Virus record (IMG/VR): IMGVR_UViG_3300024500_000031
Length of the DNA stretch: 20,000 nt
Source: an uncultured virus (IMG/VR IMGVR_UViG_3300024500_000031)
Lineage: Duplodnaviria; Heunggongvirae; Uroviricota; Caudoviricetes
Strand: one strand, 5' to 3'
The notes beneath the pieces are model-generated. The model saw only the letters and a program-made list of their open reading frames with translations. It did not search any database and had not been told where the DNA came from. Shown in pieces: positions 9,421 through 18,417 of the stretch. The translations under genes were made by a program, and so were the position numbers. Each line of letters begins with the position of its first letter. Positions within the stretch are counted from its first letter, which is position 1.

Positions 9421-10129
9421 TTACTATTTCTGCGTCCATAATTTCATCTTGTTGATACTGCCTAAGTAATTTTCCAAATCCAACTTTGATTTGCTCTAAT
9501 TGCCCTGCATCTCTTACGCAATCTTTTACTACCTTCAAAATCTGCATTGCCAGACTATACGCTTGATCAACCTCTAACGTGTAGGCCTTAGTGTGCAACA
9601 TTCGCGCTTCGGCCTCGACGATGTCAGTGCGTTTTTCAATTAGTTGAACAACATCCTGACTGGCACGATATACATCAATGCCTTCAGTGACCATGGACTC
9701 TAATTTCTTAAACGACTTTGCAAACTCATCTGTGCCGATTGATGTTTTACATACATACAGCTGATCTTTTATAGATTCATAGTGTTCGACAGATATGCCA
9801 TTACTAGCAGCTTCAGCACGTACATCCATCAATGCCGTTAAATACGCGGCATCATCTTTTAAACTAAATAGGTCTGGGTCTTCTCGTAATTCTTCTATAC
9901 GCCTTAACAACTTTGGTGCTACTGAGGCAAAACGTTTACGCTGCTTTGACCATAAGCCTGTTTTAAATGCCGGACTGTCTGGTCCAACTAATGCTTTGCC
10001 ACCATGATGCTTGCAATAGTCACGTCCTTTAATGGCTACATTCCTGCACAATTCACCTGATGCGTTTTTAGATGAACATAATTTAACGTGACTGCCGTTA
10101 GGCATTTCCCGAATATGTTCTGTCGTCAC
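9377..10129 (-). CDS. Putative terminase small subunit with HGGxSTG-type Cys/His domain
   Basis: CSSKNASGELCRNVAIKGRDYCKHHGG...FKTGLWSK followed by a helical region. Directly upstream of terL and overlapping it; GTGA start/stop overlap with the upstream gene. Confidence 0.7.
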   Translation of the reverse strand: MTTEHIREMPNGSHVKLCSSKNASGELCRNVAIKGRDYCKHHGGKALVGPDSPAFKTGLWSKQRKRFASVAPKLLRRIEELREDPDLFSLKDDAAYLTALMDVRAEAASNGISVEHYESIKDQLYVCKTSIGTDEFAKSFKKLESMVTEGIDVYRASQDVVQLIEKRTDIVEAEARMLHTKAYTLEVDQAYSLAMQILKVVKDCVRDAGQLEQIKVGFGKLLRQYQQDEIMDAEIVNEESSNDTFNAASI

Positions 10130-11148
10130 TGTACATTCCTTATTGTAGTAGGTGACGGCGCAGCAAAGCCCAATAGCGGTGGTTTATTTGGTCCGGTATA
10201 TGGCTTTCCAGCGGATGGAGATGGTTTATTTATTTTAGCTGCCCATTTTGGAACCGCTTTGTCGAGGTTTTGTAAATCATTTAAAATTTCAATAGTTGTT
10301 CGAGCCTGTGGAGTTCGTAATACATCAAGAAACTTTTGCTTATTGACGTCAGCGGTTTCCATTTTACCTGCGTTTCGTTTTTGTAATGGCGTCATTGGTT
10401 TACTGCGATCAATACGTAACTTGCCACTATTGTCTATTTTTGTAGGTGGTACATTTTTTGGGTCAGCAAGTTTCATTAATTGAAATAAAACTTCATCATC
10501 GCCTAAATAATAATCACCTGTTTCTGATGGATCTCCTAACGATTTAAGCCCATCTTTAAACAGGTAGCTATCTCCGATTCTAGATTTTGCAGCACTGTTT
10601 AGGATTTCCGTTAAATATGGTATTTTGTCAAACCGTGTTTTACCTTGAGCGTCTGGCTCTAACATGTATTCATTTAGTTTATTTACGCCTGAAGCTAAAA
10701 ATGGATCTGTAATAGCATTAGCTACACCTTCAAATTTTTCTGACGCAACTTGACCGATTAAACTTTTGTTAGCCAATTTTTTTAGAGCAAGTGTCATCAA
10801 TGCATCTTTAATAGCGTTTCCAGCAACTAACGTCATGTTTGACCCAAATACATTGGTTCTTGTCTGTGGATCTACATCTGGCGTCATTGTTCGCCCTATA
10901 GATAACACTGGATCGTAATACATTGGCGCTTCCTGCATTACGCGCCCTAATGTTTTAGACGCACCTCCTCTTGTTGTCAATAAGGTCCCAGCAGCATCAA
11001 ATGGTAAACGGAATCGCACATCATTGCTATATAGCGATTGCATGTGCCTACCAACCGATTTTGCTGGATTTCTACTTAAGCGATCTTCTGTTTTAGCTCG
11101 TTCTGTTTTTGGGCCAAGCCCTTTTAATCCTTCTAGTTCTTGTGGCAT
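10126..11148 (-). CDS. Hypothetical protein, 340 aa (last member of the Cys-free array; possible internal virion protein)
   Basis: Long ORF starting MPQE immediately after the upstream stop. No recognisable domain. Confidence 0.75.
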   Translation of the reverse strand: MPQELEGLKGLGPKTERAKTEDRLSRNPAKSVGRHMQSLYSNDVRFRLPFDAAGTLLTTRGGASKTLGRVMQEAPMYYDPVLSIGRTMTPDVDPQTRTNVFGSNMTLVAGNAIKDALMTLALKKLANKSLIGQVASEKFEGVANAITDPFLASGVNKLNEYMLEPDAQGKTRFDKIPYLTEILNSAAKSRIGDSYLFKDGLKSLGDPSETGDYYLGDDEVLFQLMKLADPKNVPPTKIDNSGKLRIDRSKPMTPLQKRNAGKMETADVNKQKFLDVLRTPQARTTIEILNDLQNLDKAVPKWAAKINKPSPSAGKPYTGPNKPPLLGFAAPSPTTIRNVQ

Positions 11149-14100
11149 TTATCTATTCCTTTCAGACATAGCTCCAGTAGTTACACCAAGACCACCTAAT
11201 ACGCCGAGCGTCTTATTAAATTTAAATTTAGATTTAGGTTTATTAGGTTGATACAACCCTGCTAATGGAATTGGAGTTGGATCTTTAGAAACAGTAGTTC
11301 GTTCACCTTGAGGTAGTTTGGGTTTAATTTTCTCACCACCACTTGCAACACGAGTCCCACGATTTTTATTAGCAATGTCAATTTCTCGTTTATTTGCTGG
11401 CTTGACATCTAAACCAGCAATACTGTTTTCAATATTGGTACCACGAACTGTTCCGCGTGCTTTTGTTCTTTTTTCCAGAGCCATAAATTCTTTTACGAGT
11501 TGCTCTGGACCTGTTGCAGTCATCCAACCAAGTTCCGGGAAGAATGCTGTATAGAAATATCTTGCTGCAGCTCTACGAGCCTTGCTTTCTTCCGCACTCT
11601 TTGCTCTGGCACGCGCTAATATTTCTTGTGTAGTTGGTTTGTCAGCCTCTTCAATTGGTCTGACAATATTCATTGGTGGTGTTTTAATGTTTTCTCGTAC
11701 TTGAGTGTCTATTTCTTCCTGTGTTGGTTGGAAAGACGATATCGTTTTTGATAATTTAGAACTTGCTTGTTGTTGTGCTTTCACATCATCAGACAATACT
11801 GCATCAATATAATCTCGCAACCCATCACGTATAAGTGCTGTTTCCGTATTATTTGCCCCAACTTCTGGAACTGATGTGATTAGACCTTTCATTATTCTGT
11901 CTGCTGCAAATGCTTTTTGCTGATCATCCATTAGACCGACGCCAGCATCCATAAATTGATCAGCCATATTCCGAATAGTTTGTTTAGCTGTTGTTGACAA
12001 TGTGAACATTGTAGTTCGTTTCTGTTCAAGTACAGTGTTGCCAGCTTCGCGTTCCAATCCGGATAATGCAATCCCTTCAGTACCAGCCGACTGTCCTCGA
12101 CTGTTACTTGCGTTCATCGTCCAGTTAACTCGTGGGTTAGGTCTTAACACATCGCTTTGACCATACATATCCAAGAATGTTAATAGGTCGCGTTGCTGTA
12201 CTTTGTTTGCTGATTGTAGAAATTTCTCAACATCAGTATTTAAAATACGACCAGTAGTATTTCCTTGACTATCTATCTCTGGGGAAATACCAGTTTTTTC
12301 ACGCAACCAGTTAATGCGTTCCTGAGTCTCAGCACCGCCTAAAGACTGTGCGTCTGCATAAATAATTTTTTCAAGGTGGCGTGTAACTTCATGCACCTGC
12401 GATCGTATATACCGTGCATCAACCGAATCACCACGTCCAGTGTCATTAACGGCTCGTTGCAATAAACCAGCTCTTGCTTGTTCGGCAGATGCTTGTGTTT
12501 GCGTAGTGAATCGATTATTACCAAATGGGTCTAATGCTCGCTGGTATTTACCATCAACTAATTCAAAAACTGGAACACGTAGATTACCTTTTGAATCTGG
12601 CTTAACAGCCACAGGTTGCATGTTTGGAACAGGACGCCCACGCGTATCCACAGGAACAACTAATACACTACCTATTTTTGTTGTTGTAGATGTACCAGCA
12701 GCGCCTTTAAAGTATCTGTTTATATTTACGCCGGGCGTATTTGTGACAGATGCATATAGCATGTCAACAAACTGACTAACTTTACTTGCTGATCCGGTAG
12801 CCCGAATTGGTTCACTATAATCTGGGCCATCTTCTGTCATTCTAAACAGTAAATGACGACCAGCTCCTGCGCGAACAACATCATCTACATTACCTAAAGC
12901 ACGTTCACGTACGCCTTCTAACGATTCTAGTAATGCCTGTGATCCAGCAACTTTCTCCGGTGGGAGACGATCATTGTCAAGATTAAACCGCAATTTACTA
13001 ATTGCGTCATCAACACTTCGCAGCGTTTCATCGAACAATGGATCAGCTGATTTTTTATCTGGCCCACTAGTAATACTAGGGCTAAGGTATTTTTCTATAT
13101 CGCTAATAACAGTTGCAATTTTTTGATCATCACCAGCCTCGGCAACGAATCCAATTTGATATTCATTTTGATTATCGCGTGTGGTAAGACCAAGTATTCC
13201 TGCATCAGCTTTATATTGACCAGCTAATCGTGCAACAAGTGACGGTCCACGCAATTTAAGTGTAGAATTATCAAACTTATCCGCTGCCCTGTTAAATGCA
13301 CCCCGCTGCGCTAAATAAGCGTCTATAGCTTGCCGACGCGAACCACCAGCTCCCGTAATGTCTTCGATATCTAATGGTAATACGTTTCGTGGTTTACCTT
13401 GACCATTAATACCTTCTACATTTTTTGCACCAAATAATGTCCGTAATTGATCTGTGTCTGAAAATGGAGCAAGTAATTCAGCTGCTTTTCTATTATCACC
13501 AGCATTTAATGCAGAATTGAGATCATTCTGTATTGCATCAAATGCTTCTTCTTTGCCAGCAGTATCAAATGTAAACAACTCGCGTAATGCACGTTTAATA
13601 CCAAATGGAGCAGAAATAGCATCAAGCAACGGCTTTCGAGATGGATCGTCTGGTGCTCCGGCAAAATCAATAATCTGACTAAACATGTTTTGTGTATCAG
13701 TAACTGACATACTTGCTTGCAACGGTCGAATAAATGCTCGACCCCATGGTGTTTTTTCCAAAGCTGCAAATCCAGCTACCGACCCGTTCTGGAATCCATC
13801 GTAGAAAGGCATAATAAATCTATTCATCAACCTAACGGTTGCTTGCCTAGCTGTTCTTGATCCCTCTGCGCCACGAACCATGTCGTTTGAAACACTATCT
13901 AAACTGTGTTTTACAACTTCTGCTAAAGCGCTATTTAAACCTTGTGCTCGCTGATTTGATTTGGCAATAGTACCTTCAGCACCACGCTTAAACATATATC
14001 CTAGATCTGGGTCTTCGCTAAGTTGTGACTCAATACCGTCGCGATACATTTCCATTGTAGGATCACCACTTATAGCCATATTGAAATAACTACGTGCTGT

Positions 14101-15393
14101 ATCCAAATCGTATTCATCTGAACGTCCAACGGCTGTTAAATATCCTAATCCAGCTTTTGCTAATCTGTCTGCTGCACCTGAGTTTAATCCTAATTCGTTT
14201 TTACTTCGTAATGTCGTATCTAGAATTTTGTATCCCGTGCTGGATGTAATAGCAGATGCATCAGACAGGAATTCACTACTCTTTTTTGCCATAACATCTT
14301 TAATTATCTTTACATTAGCTGCACTCAATAACGGCTTGCCGTATGTGCGTTGATATTCCGACAACACTTGATCTAAAGGCTTGTTATAACTGGTTGCTGC
14401 AATGCGTTGAAATTCTGGTTGTTTTGTTGCATCCAAACCAACTGCTGCAATTTCGCCAATTAATCCTTTTTGCAGTCCAATACCACGCTGTCGCAATAAT
14501 GCAACTTCGCGATCTAATTGACTTTTTGTTGCTTGCATTAATGTAAACGGATTGTTTGAACCAGAACCTTTACGTATAGTGGTTCGTATTAATTCATCAA
14601 CACGTCGTGTTGCGCTTACGTTTTTTGGACCAAGAGATAATGGGTCGTCTTCTACACGTAAACCTTTAATTTGTTGATAACGCGCCTCTGCATCTGACAT
14701 TGTTGGTGGCGCTTCAGTAGTAAAACCCTGCGAAAAATTAGCGCGTGTACTTGCACCCAAATCACGATTTAGATCTGATTGCGTTATTTCGCCAGCTTCA
14801 TATGCACGCTGTAAATCAGCATCTGCTCTTGCACCAGCCATTAGATCATCAGCTGATGTTGTTGGTGATAAACCAGTGTTAGTTACTCTGACGTCACGAA
14901 TACGTGTTTGTGCATTTTCATTGATTGGCATACCAGCAGCTTCTTGCTCTTGTAATACAAGATCCCTGCCTTTACGCTTTACAATCTTATTTCCTTGCGC
15001 ATCAAGTGTTGGTTTAAATTCTCTAAATCCAGAAACTGGATTTACTTCGTAAGTTCCCTCATATTCTGTATATGCAGGTAATTGACTTCCAGCATCTGAT
15101 CGCCAGTCGTATTCTGGTAATTGTTTCTGGGTCGCTGGATTTACTGGTCCACGTCCACCTTTTAGTAACCCAAGTAGCTGTTGTGCTGCTTGCTGGGTAC
15201 TAGTACCTTGTGTTGGTGGTTGTGCTCCAGCGCCACCAGCTCCTTGTTGTGCTGGTGTTACTGCAGATTGAGATGCTGGCATCTGCGGTGTAGGTGGTGA
15301 TGAAGGCGCAGGTGTTCCACTAGGCGGTCCTGCTGGAGCACCTTTCTTTTTCTTGTCTTCATCCATCATCATATTCATTAACGCAGATGCCAT
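11149..15393 (-). CDS. Large 1414-aa protein with conserved C-terminal motif; putative internal virion/ejection protein
   Basis: SD GAGGT. Pro/Gln/Ala-rich N-terminus, helical composition, no Cys. Ends KTLGVLGGLGVTTGAMSERNR*. Function is inferred. Confidence 0.8.
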   Translation of the reverse strand: MASALMNMMMDEDKKKKGAPAGPPSGTPAPSSPPTPQMPASQSAVTPAQQGAGGAGAQPPTQGTSTQQAAQQLLGLLKGGRGPVNPATQKQLPEYDWRSDAGSQLPAYTEYEGTYEVNPVSGFREFKPTLDAQGNKIVKRKGRDLVLQEQEAAGMPINENAQTRIRDVRVTNTGLSPTTSADDLMAGARADADLQRAYEAGEITQSDLNRDLGASTRANFSQGFTTEAPPTMSDAEARYQQIKGLRVEDDPLSLGPKNVSATRRVDELIRTTIRKGSGSNNPFTLMQATKSQLDREVALLRQRGIGLQKGLIGEIAAVGLDATKQPEFQRIAATSYNKPLDQVLSEYQRTYGKPLLSAANVKIIKDVMAKKSSEFLSDASAITSSTGYKILDTTLRSKNELGLNSGAADRLAKAGLGYLTAVGRSDEYDLDTARSYFNMAISGDPTMEMYRDGIESQLSEDPDLGYMFKRGAEGTIAKSNQRAQGLNSALAEVVKHSLDSVSNDMVRGAEGSRTARQATVRLMNRFIMPFYDGFQNGSVAGFAALEKTPWGRAFIRPLQASMSVTDTQNMFSQIIDFAGAPDDPSRKPLLDAISAPFGIKRALRELFTFDTAGKEEAFDAIQNDLNSALNAGDNRKAAELLAPFSDTDQLRTLFGAKNVEGINGQGKPRNVLPLDIEDITGAGGSRRQAIDAYLAQRGAFNRAADKFDNSTLKLRGPSLVARLAGQYKADAGILGLTTRDNQNEYQIGFVAEAGDDQKIATVISDIEKYLSPSITSGPDKKSADPLFDETLRSVDDAISKLRFNLDNDRLPPEKVAGSQALLESLEGVRERALGNVDDVVRAGAGRHLLFRMTEDGPDYSEPIRATGSASKVSQFVDMLYASVTNTPGVNINRYFKGAAGTSTTTKIGSVLVVPVDTRGRPVPNMQPVAVKPDSKGNLRVPVFELVDGKYQRALDPFGNNRFTTQTQASAEQARAGLLQRAVNDTGRGDSVDARYIRSQVHEVTRHLEKIIYADAQSLGGAETQERINWLREKTGISPEIDSQGNTTGRILNTDVEKFLQSANKVQQRDLLTFLDMYGQSDVLRPNPRVNWTMNASNSRGQSAGTEGIALSGLEREAGNTVLEQKRTTMFTLSTTAKQTIRNMADQFMDAGVGLMDDQQKAFAADRIMKGLITSVPEVGANNTETALIRDGLRDYIDAVLSDDVKAQQQASSKLSKTISSFQPTQEEIDTQVRENIKTPPMNIVRPIEEADKPTTQEILARARAKSAEESKARRAAARYFYTAFFPELGWMTATGPEQLVKEFMALEKRTKARGTVRGTNIENSIAGLDVKPANKREIDIANKNRGTRVASGGEKIKPKLPQGERTTVSKDPTPIPLAGLYQPNKPKSKFKFNKTLGVLGGLGVTTGAMSERNR

Positions 15394-15401
15394 ATCTACC
15401 T

Positions 15402-15710
15402 CTACTTATTGCTATTAGAATTGAACAACGCTTTTGTCATTTTACCTGCGCTTGCTGGAGCAGCACTCTTCGACTTACCGCTTGGCGTTGGTTTTCCACT
15501 ACTGTCGTAACGTCGTCCGTCAACCTTACCTTTTTGATAGGCTTGCATTTCTTTATTACTAGACGCTGTCTTCTTTGCATCTTCACGTGCAAGCATTGCA
15601 CCAGCAGCAGTACCTGCTCCTATCAACATACCTTGTGCACGTCCAACACTTCGACTATTACGTGGCCAGTTCTGTTGAAACCTAGCCGATCTTCCCGGTC
15701 CTTGTGGCAT
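15402..15710 (-). CDS. Basic 102-aa protein with an internal copy of the array motif
   Basis: Contains RAQGMLIGAGTAAGAMLARED; tightly packed with its neighbours; starts MPQG. Confidence 0.75.
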   Translation of the reverse strand: MPQGPGRSARFQQNWPRNSRSVGRAQGMLIGAGTAAGAMLAREDAKKTASSNKEMQAYQKGKVDGRRYDSSGKPTPSGKSKSAAPASAGKMTKALFNSNSNK

Positions 15711-15711
15711 T

Positions 15712-16938
15712 TTATCTATTCCTTCCTGTCATTACTCCACCAGTTACCCCTGCACCACCCAGTAAGCCAAACCACTTTCTTCTAGCTGGCTTAGTATGCT
15801 TCAAATCATCATCCATTAATGCAGCTTCAGTTTCTGCTAAACGAGCATATCGCCGTTTGTCACGCGCACTTGGCAATGTAGATTTACGTATACTTTGATT
15901 TTGTTGTTCTATTTGTTTAACGATTGGATCATTTTTTGATAGCCTTGGCCTCATTGTATGATCCTCTGTGAATCCGGGCAGTGTTAAACGTGGATCCATT
16001 ATTATTCCAGCTGCTGTTTCTGGTGCTAAAAATCTAGCAAGCCAAGGAGTTGACTCTTTTCTAGCAGCCATACGTTCTTTTATCACCGCAGTATTTTGCT
16101 GGTTAATAGCGCTACGAGCAAGTGGATTACCACCAGCAATGCTAGGATCAATTGTTCCTGCTTGAAAATCTGGCTCAATATTTCCACTTAAAGACTGTAG
16201 TATTTTGGTTACTAGGTTATCTGTTGAAACTTGATCGGTGGCAAGATTTTTAGTTCTAGACTCCTCCCAGTCAACACGTTTTGGCTTAAATGGTTCTCGT
16301 GGTGGAGGCGCAGGAGTAATAACGTCTTTCATTTCAGGCGTTAATTGATTATATAAAGTATGTCTGTAACTCATTATTTTTCTTAGTTGTTCAGGTAGCG
16401 CTTCCCATTTCTTTTCAAAGTTAGCGTCCCTTAAAACTTGTTGTAATTCTGGGTTATCCTCATACCGTCGTCTACGTGACTCTAATAACCCACCATCTAA
16501 TTCTTCTAACTCTTGCCGTTTACGTTCAGCACTATCTAAACGCCTGTTAAACATGTCTTGATCTGCTAGTTCATACCACTTTGGGTTAGCTAAGACATCT
16601 TCGTCATACTTTGGGTCATAAAACATTGCTGGTGGCTGTGTTCTTAATATGTCGTTGTATGTTAGTGCTGTTTTTTCTGTCGTTCGATTTGGCCTAGGAG
16701 TTTCGCCGTATAGCGCAATGTCAGGCCTGCCATACATTTCTTCAACATCCCACGCAGGTTTATTGAAAAAACTCAACGGTAATTGAGTCCGTAACTGATG
16801 CACCTCAAATGGCTCAGTTTCTTTACCAAAAAATAATTTGTTTAACTTTTTTTGGTCCGAGTAATTTAAATTTTGTCGCATGGCCTGATAAAAATCGAAC
16901 CACGTTTGGTTAGGCAGGCGTTCTGTTTCTTGAGCCAT
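15712..16938 (-). CDS. Hypothetical 408-aa protein with conserved C-terminal motif
   Basis: Ends RRKWFGLLGGAGVTGGVMTGRNR*; starts MAQE. Confidence 0.8.
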   Translation of the reverse strand: MAQETERLPNQTWFDFYQAMRQNLNYSDQKKLNKLFFGKETEPFEVHQLRTQLPLSFFNKPAWDVEEMYGRPDIALYGETPRPNRTTEKTALTYNDILRTQPPAMFYDPKYDEDVLANPKWYELADQDMFNRRLDSAERKRQELEELDGGLLESRRRRYEDNPELQQVLRDANFEKKWEALPEQLRKIMSYRHTLYNQLTPEMKDVITPAPPPREPFKPKRVDWEESRTKNLATDQVSTDNLVTKILQSLSGNIEPDFQAGTIDPSIAGGNPLARSAINQQNTAVIKERMAARKESTPWLARFLAPETAAGIIMDPRLTLPGFTEDHTMRPRLSKNDPIVKQIEQQNQSIRKSTLPSARDKRRYARLAETEAALMDDDLKHTKPARRKWFGLLGGAGVTGGVMTGRNR

Positions 16939-16944
16939 AATTGA

Positions 16945-17337
16945 TTACCTGTTCTTATTACTCATCGCACTACCTGCAGTACCTATACCTAGTAACATAC
17001 CCAATGTTTTTCGCGGGCTTGCACGTAAAGACACCATGCCTTTAGCTAACGAGCTAGGCCCACGCGCAGCATTATTTCTACCCTCACGCGACAATGGTGG
17101 GTTTTCTCGCGGATCAATACGTCCATACGTTTGTTTTTCCTCACCACCGTAGTAACCACGCTTCCTGTTCTCTAACTGGTTAGTTATTCGTAATAAATAA
17201 CCTTCTTGTGATTCGTTTGGACGAACAGGAGGCGGTTCTATTCCATAGGATCTCCACTTGTCTAAAGTAGCTTGAGTCCTTAATGAAATTTTTTGGGGCC
17301 TTCCAGATGGAGACGTAAATTTAAATTCTTGGTCCAT
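16945..17337 (-). CDS. Hypothetical 130-aa protein with conserved C-terminal motif
   Basis: Ends RKTLGMLLGIGTAGSAMSNKNR*; starts MDQE. Confidence 0.8.
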   Translation of the reverse strand: MDQEFKFTSPSGRPQKISLRTQATLDKWRSYGIEPPPVRPNESQEGYLLRITNQLENRKRGYYGGEEKQTYGRIDPRENPPLSREGRNNAARGPSSLAKGMVSLRASPRKTLGMLLGIGTAGSAMSNKNR

Positions 17338-17341
17338 ACAG

Positions 17342-18112
17342 CTACCTGTTCTTTTTACTCATAGCTCCAGCTGCTGTTGCAATTCCAAGTAATGCTCCAA
17401 ATGTTTTACGTTTTACTGGTGCCTTTGGTGCACTTGCTGCTGATTTACGAGCCGCAAGCTGTCCACGCATTTTACCTGTTTGGTCACTTAGGTAATCATT
17501 CATATAGTCACGTGATCTTGCTCGTCCAATATTTTCACTTTCTCGTGCACGTTGTGAATATGCGTTCGCGTAACTGCGTTCGCCTTCATTCATTTTTAAG
17601 CCACGCTCAGCAATGTCTTTTGTATACATACGACGCTTTGTGCGTTCTGTTTTTGCACCAGTAAAATGAATGTCACCCCTTGGGCTAGTGGTTTCTGTAC
17701 TGCCTTTTACTGTACCAATAGTGCGTACTCGTGGTCGTGTTGGTCTGCGACCACTATCAGGCATATCTTCATCTCTAACTTTAGATGCTTCTGTTGCTAC
17801 ACCCGGTAAGTTCAATCCTGCTAGATTTGGAGTAACAACAAAATTTGCTGGTAGACCACTAATCGACTTTGTAGGTTCTAACGGCCTTTCTGGTATAAAA
17901 CTCGAATTAGAAATTGCAGAACGACTTAATCCCATTGATGGTACATCTGATTGAAAGCCGACAGGTTTCATTCCACCTTTTTTGCTTGATTTAGAACCGG
18001 ACGTTGTTGTTCCACGACTAGTTCCTACATCTCTCGTGATAACACCTTTTCGTCGAGCTTCAACTGCATCTGCACGTCGTTTATCTCCGGGTCGATTTCT
18101 ATTTTCAGCCAT
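17342..18112 (-). CDS. Highly basic 256-aa protein with conserved C-terminal motif
   Basis: Strong SD AAGGAGG. Arg/Lys/Ser-rich and probably disordered. Ends RKTFGALLGIATAAGAMSKKNR*. Confidence 0.8.
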   Translation of the reverse strand: MAENRNRPGDKRRADAVEARRKGVITRDVGTSRGTTTSGSKSSKKGGMKPVGFQSDVPSMGLSRSAISNSSFIPERPLEPTKSISGLPANFVVTPNLAGLNLPGVATEASKVRDEDMPDSGRRPTRPRVRTIGTVKGSTETTSPRGDIHFTGAKTERTKRRMYTKDIAERGLKMNEGERSYANAYSQRARESENIGRARSRDYMNDYLSDQTGKMRGQLAARKSAASAPKAPVKRKTFGALLGIATAAGAMSKKNR

Positions 18113-18143
18113 AACTATTCCTCCTTAATACTTGCACCCACAA

Positions 18144-18392
18144 TTAACAGTCCCACGCTCTCAATGATTTGTTAATACGGCTGTTTGGATTGTTAGCCGT
18201 TTTTGAAGACGTAAGTTTCTTTTTCATGCCAGACATACGGGCACAAAAAGAGGCACGACGCCCAGCGTCTGCCTTAGTTTTAGGATTAGGAGCTGGCGGT
18301 TTTAAATTTGCGCCAGTTGTGCGTTTGTAATACGCTCTACCAGCGGCATTTAATCCTCCCGCTGGATTTTGATGTTTCTTTGTAACTCCCAT
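18144..18392 (-). CDS. Conserved small basic phage protein (DUF6321-like)
   Basis: NPAGGLNAAGRAYY...NLKPPAPNPKT...RRASFCARMSGMKKKLTS...PNSRINKSLRAWDC matches, from memory, a widespread phage family. SD GAGGTG. Confidence 0.75.
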   Translation of the reverse strand: MGVTKKHQNPAGGLNAAGRAYYKRTTGANLKPPAPNPKTKADAGRRASFCARMSGMKKKLTSSKTANNPNSRINKSLRAWDC

Positions 18393-18394
18393 TG

Positions 18395-18414
18395 ATGCAC
18401 CTCAGTGCATTATA
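18395..18414 (-). promoter_or_regulatory. Candidate -10 box (TATAAT) plus RBS-occluding hairpin at the start of the late/morphogenesis operon
   Basis: Minus strand reads TATAAT at 18414-18409. ATGCAC-TGAG-GTGCAT inverted repeat (18410-18395) contains the SD GAGGTG. No consensus -35. Confidence 0.45.
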
Positions 18415-18417
18415 CAT

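Noticed and set aside
15712..15786. ARRKWFGLLGGAG resembles a twin-arginine (Tat) signal
   Set aside because: It is C-terminal, and RR is not conserved in the other tag copies.
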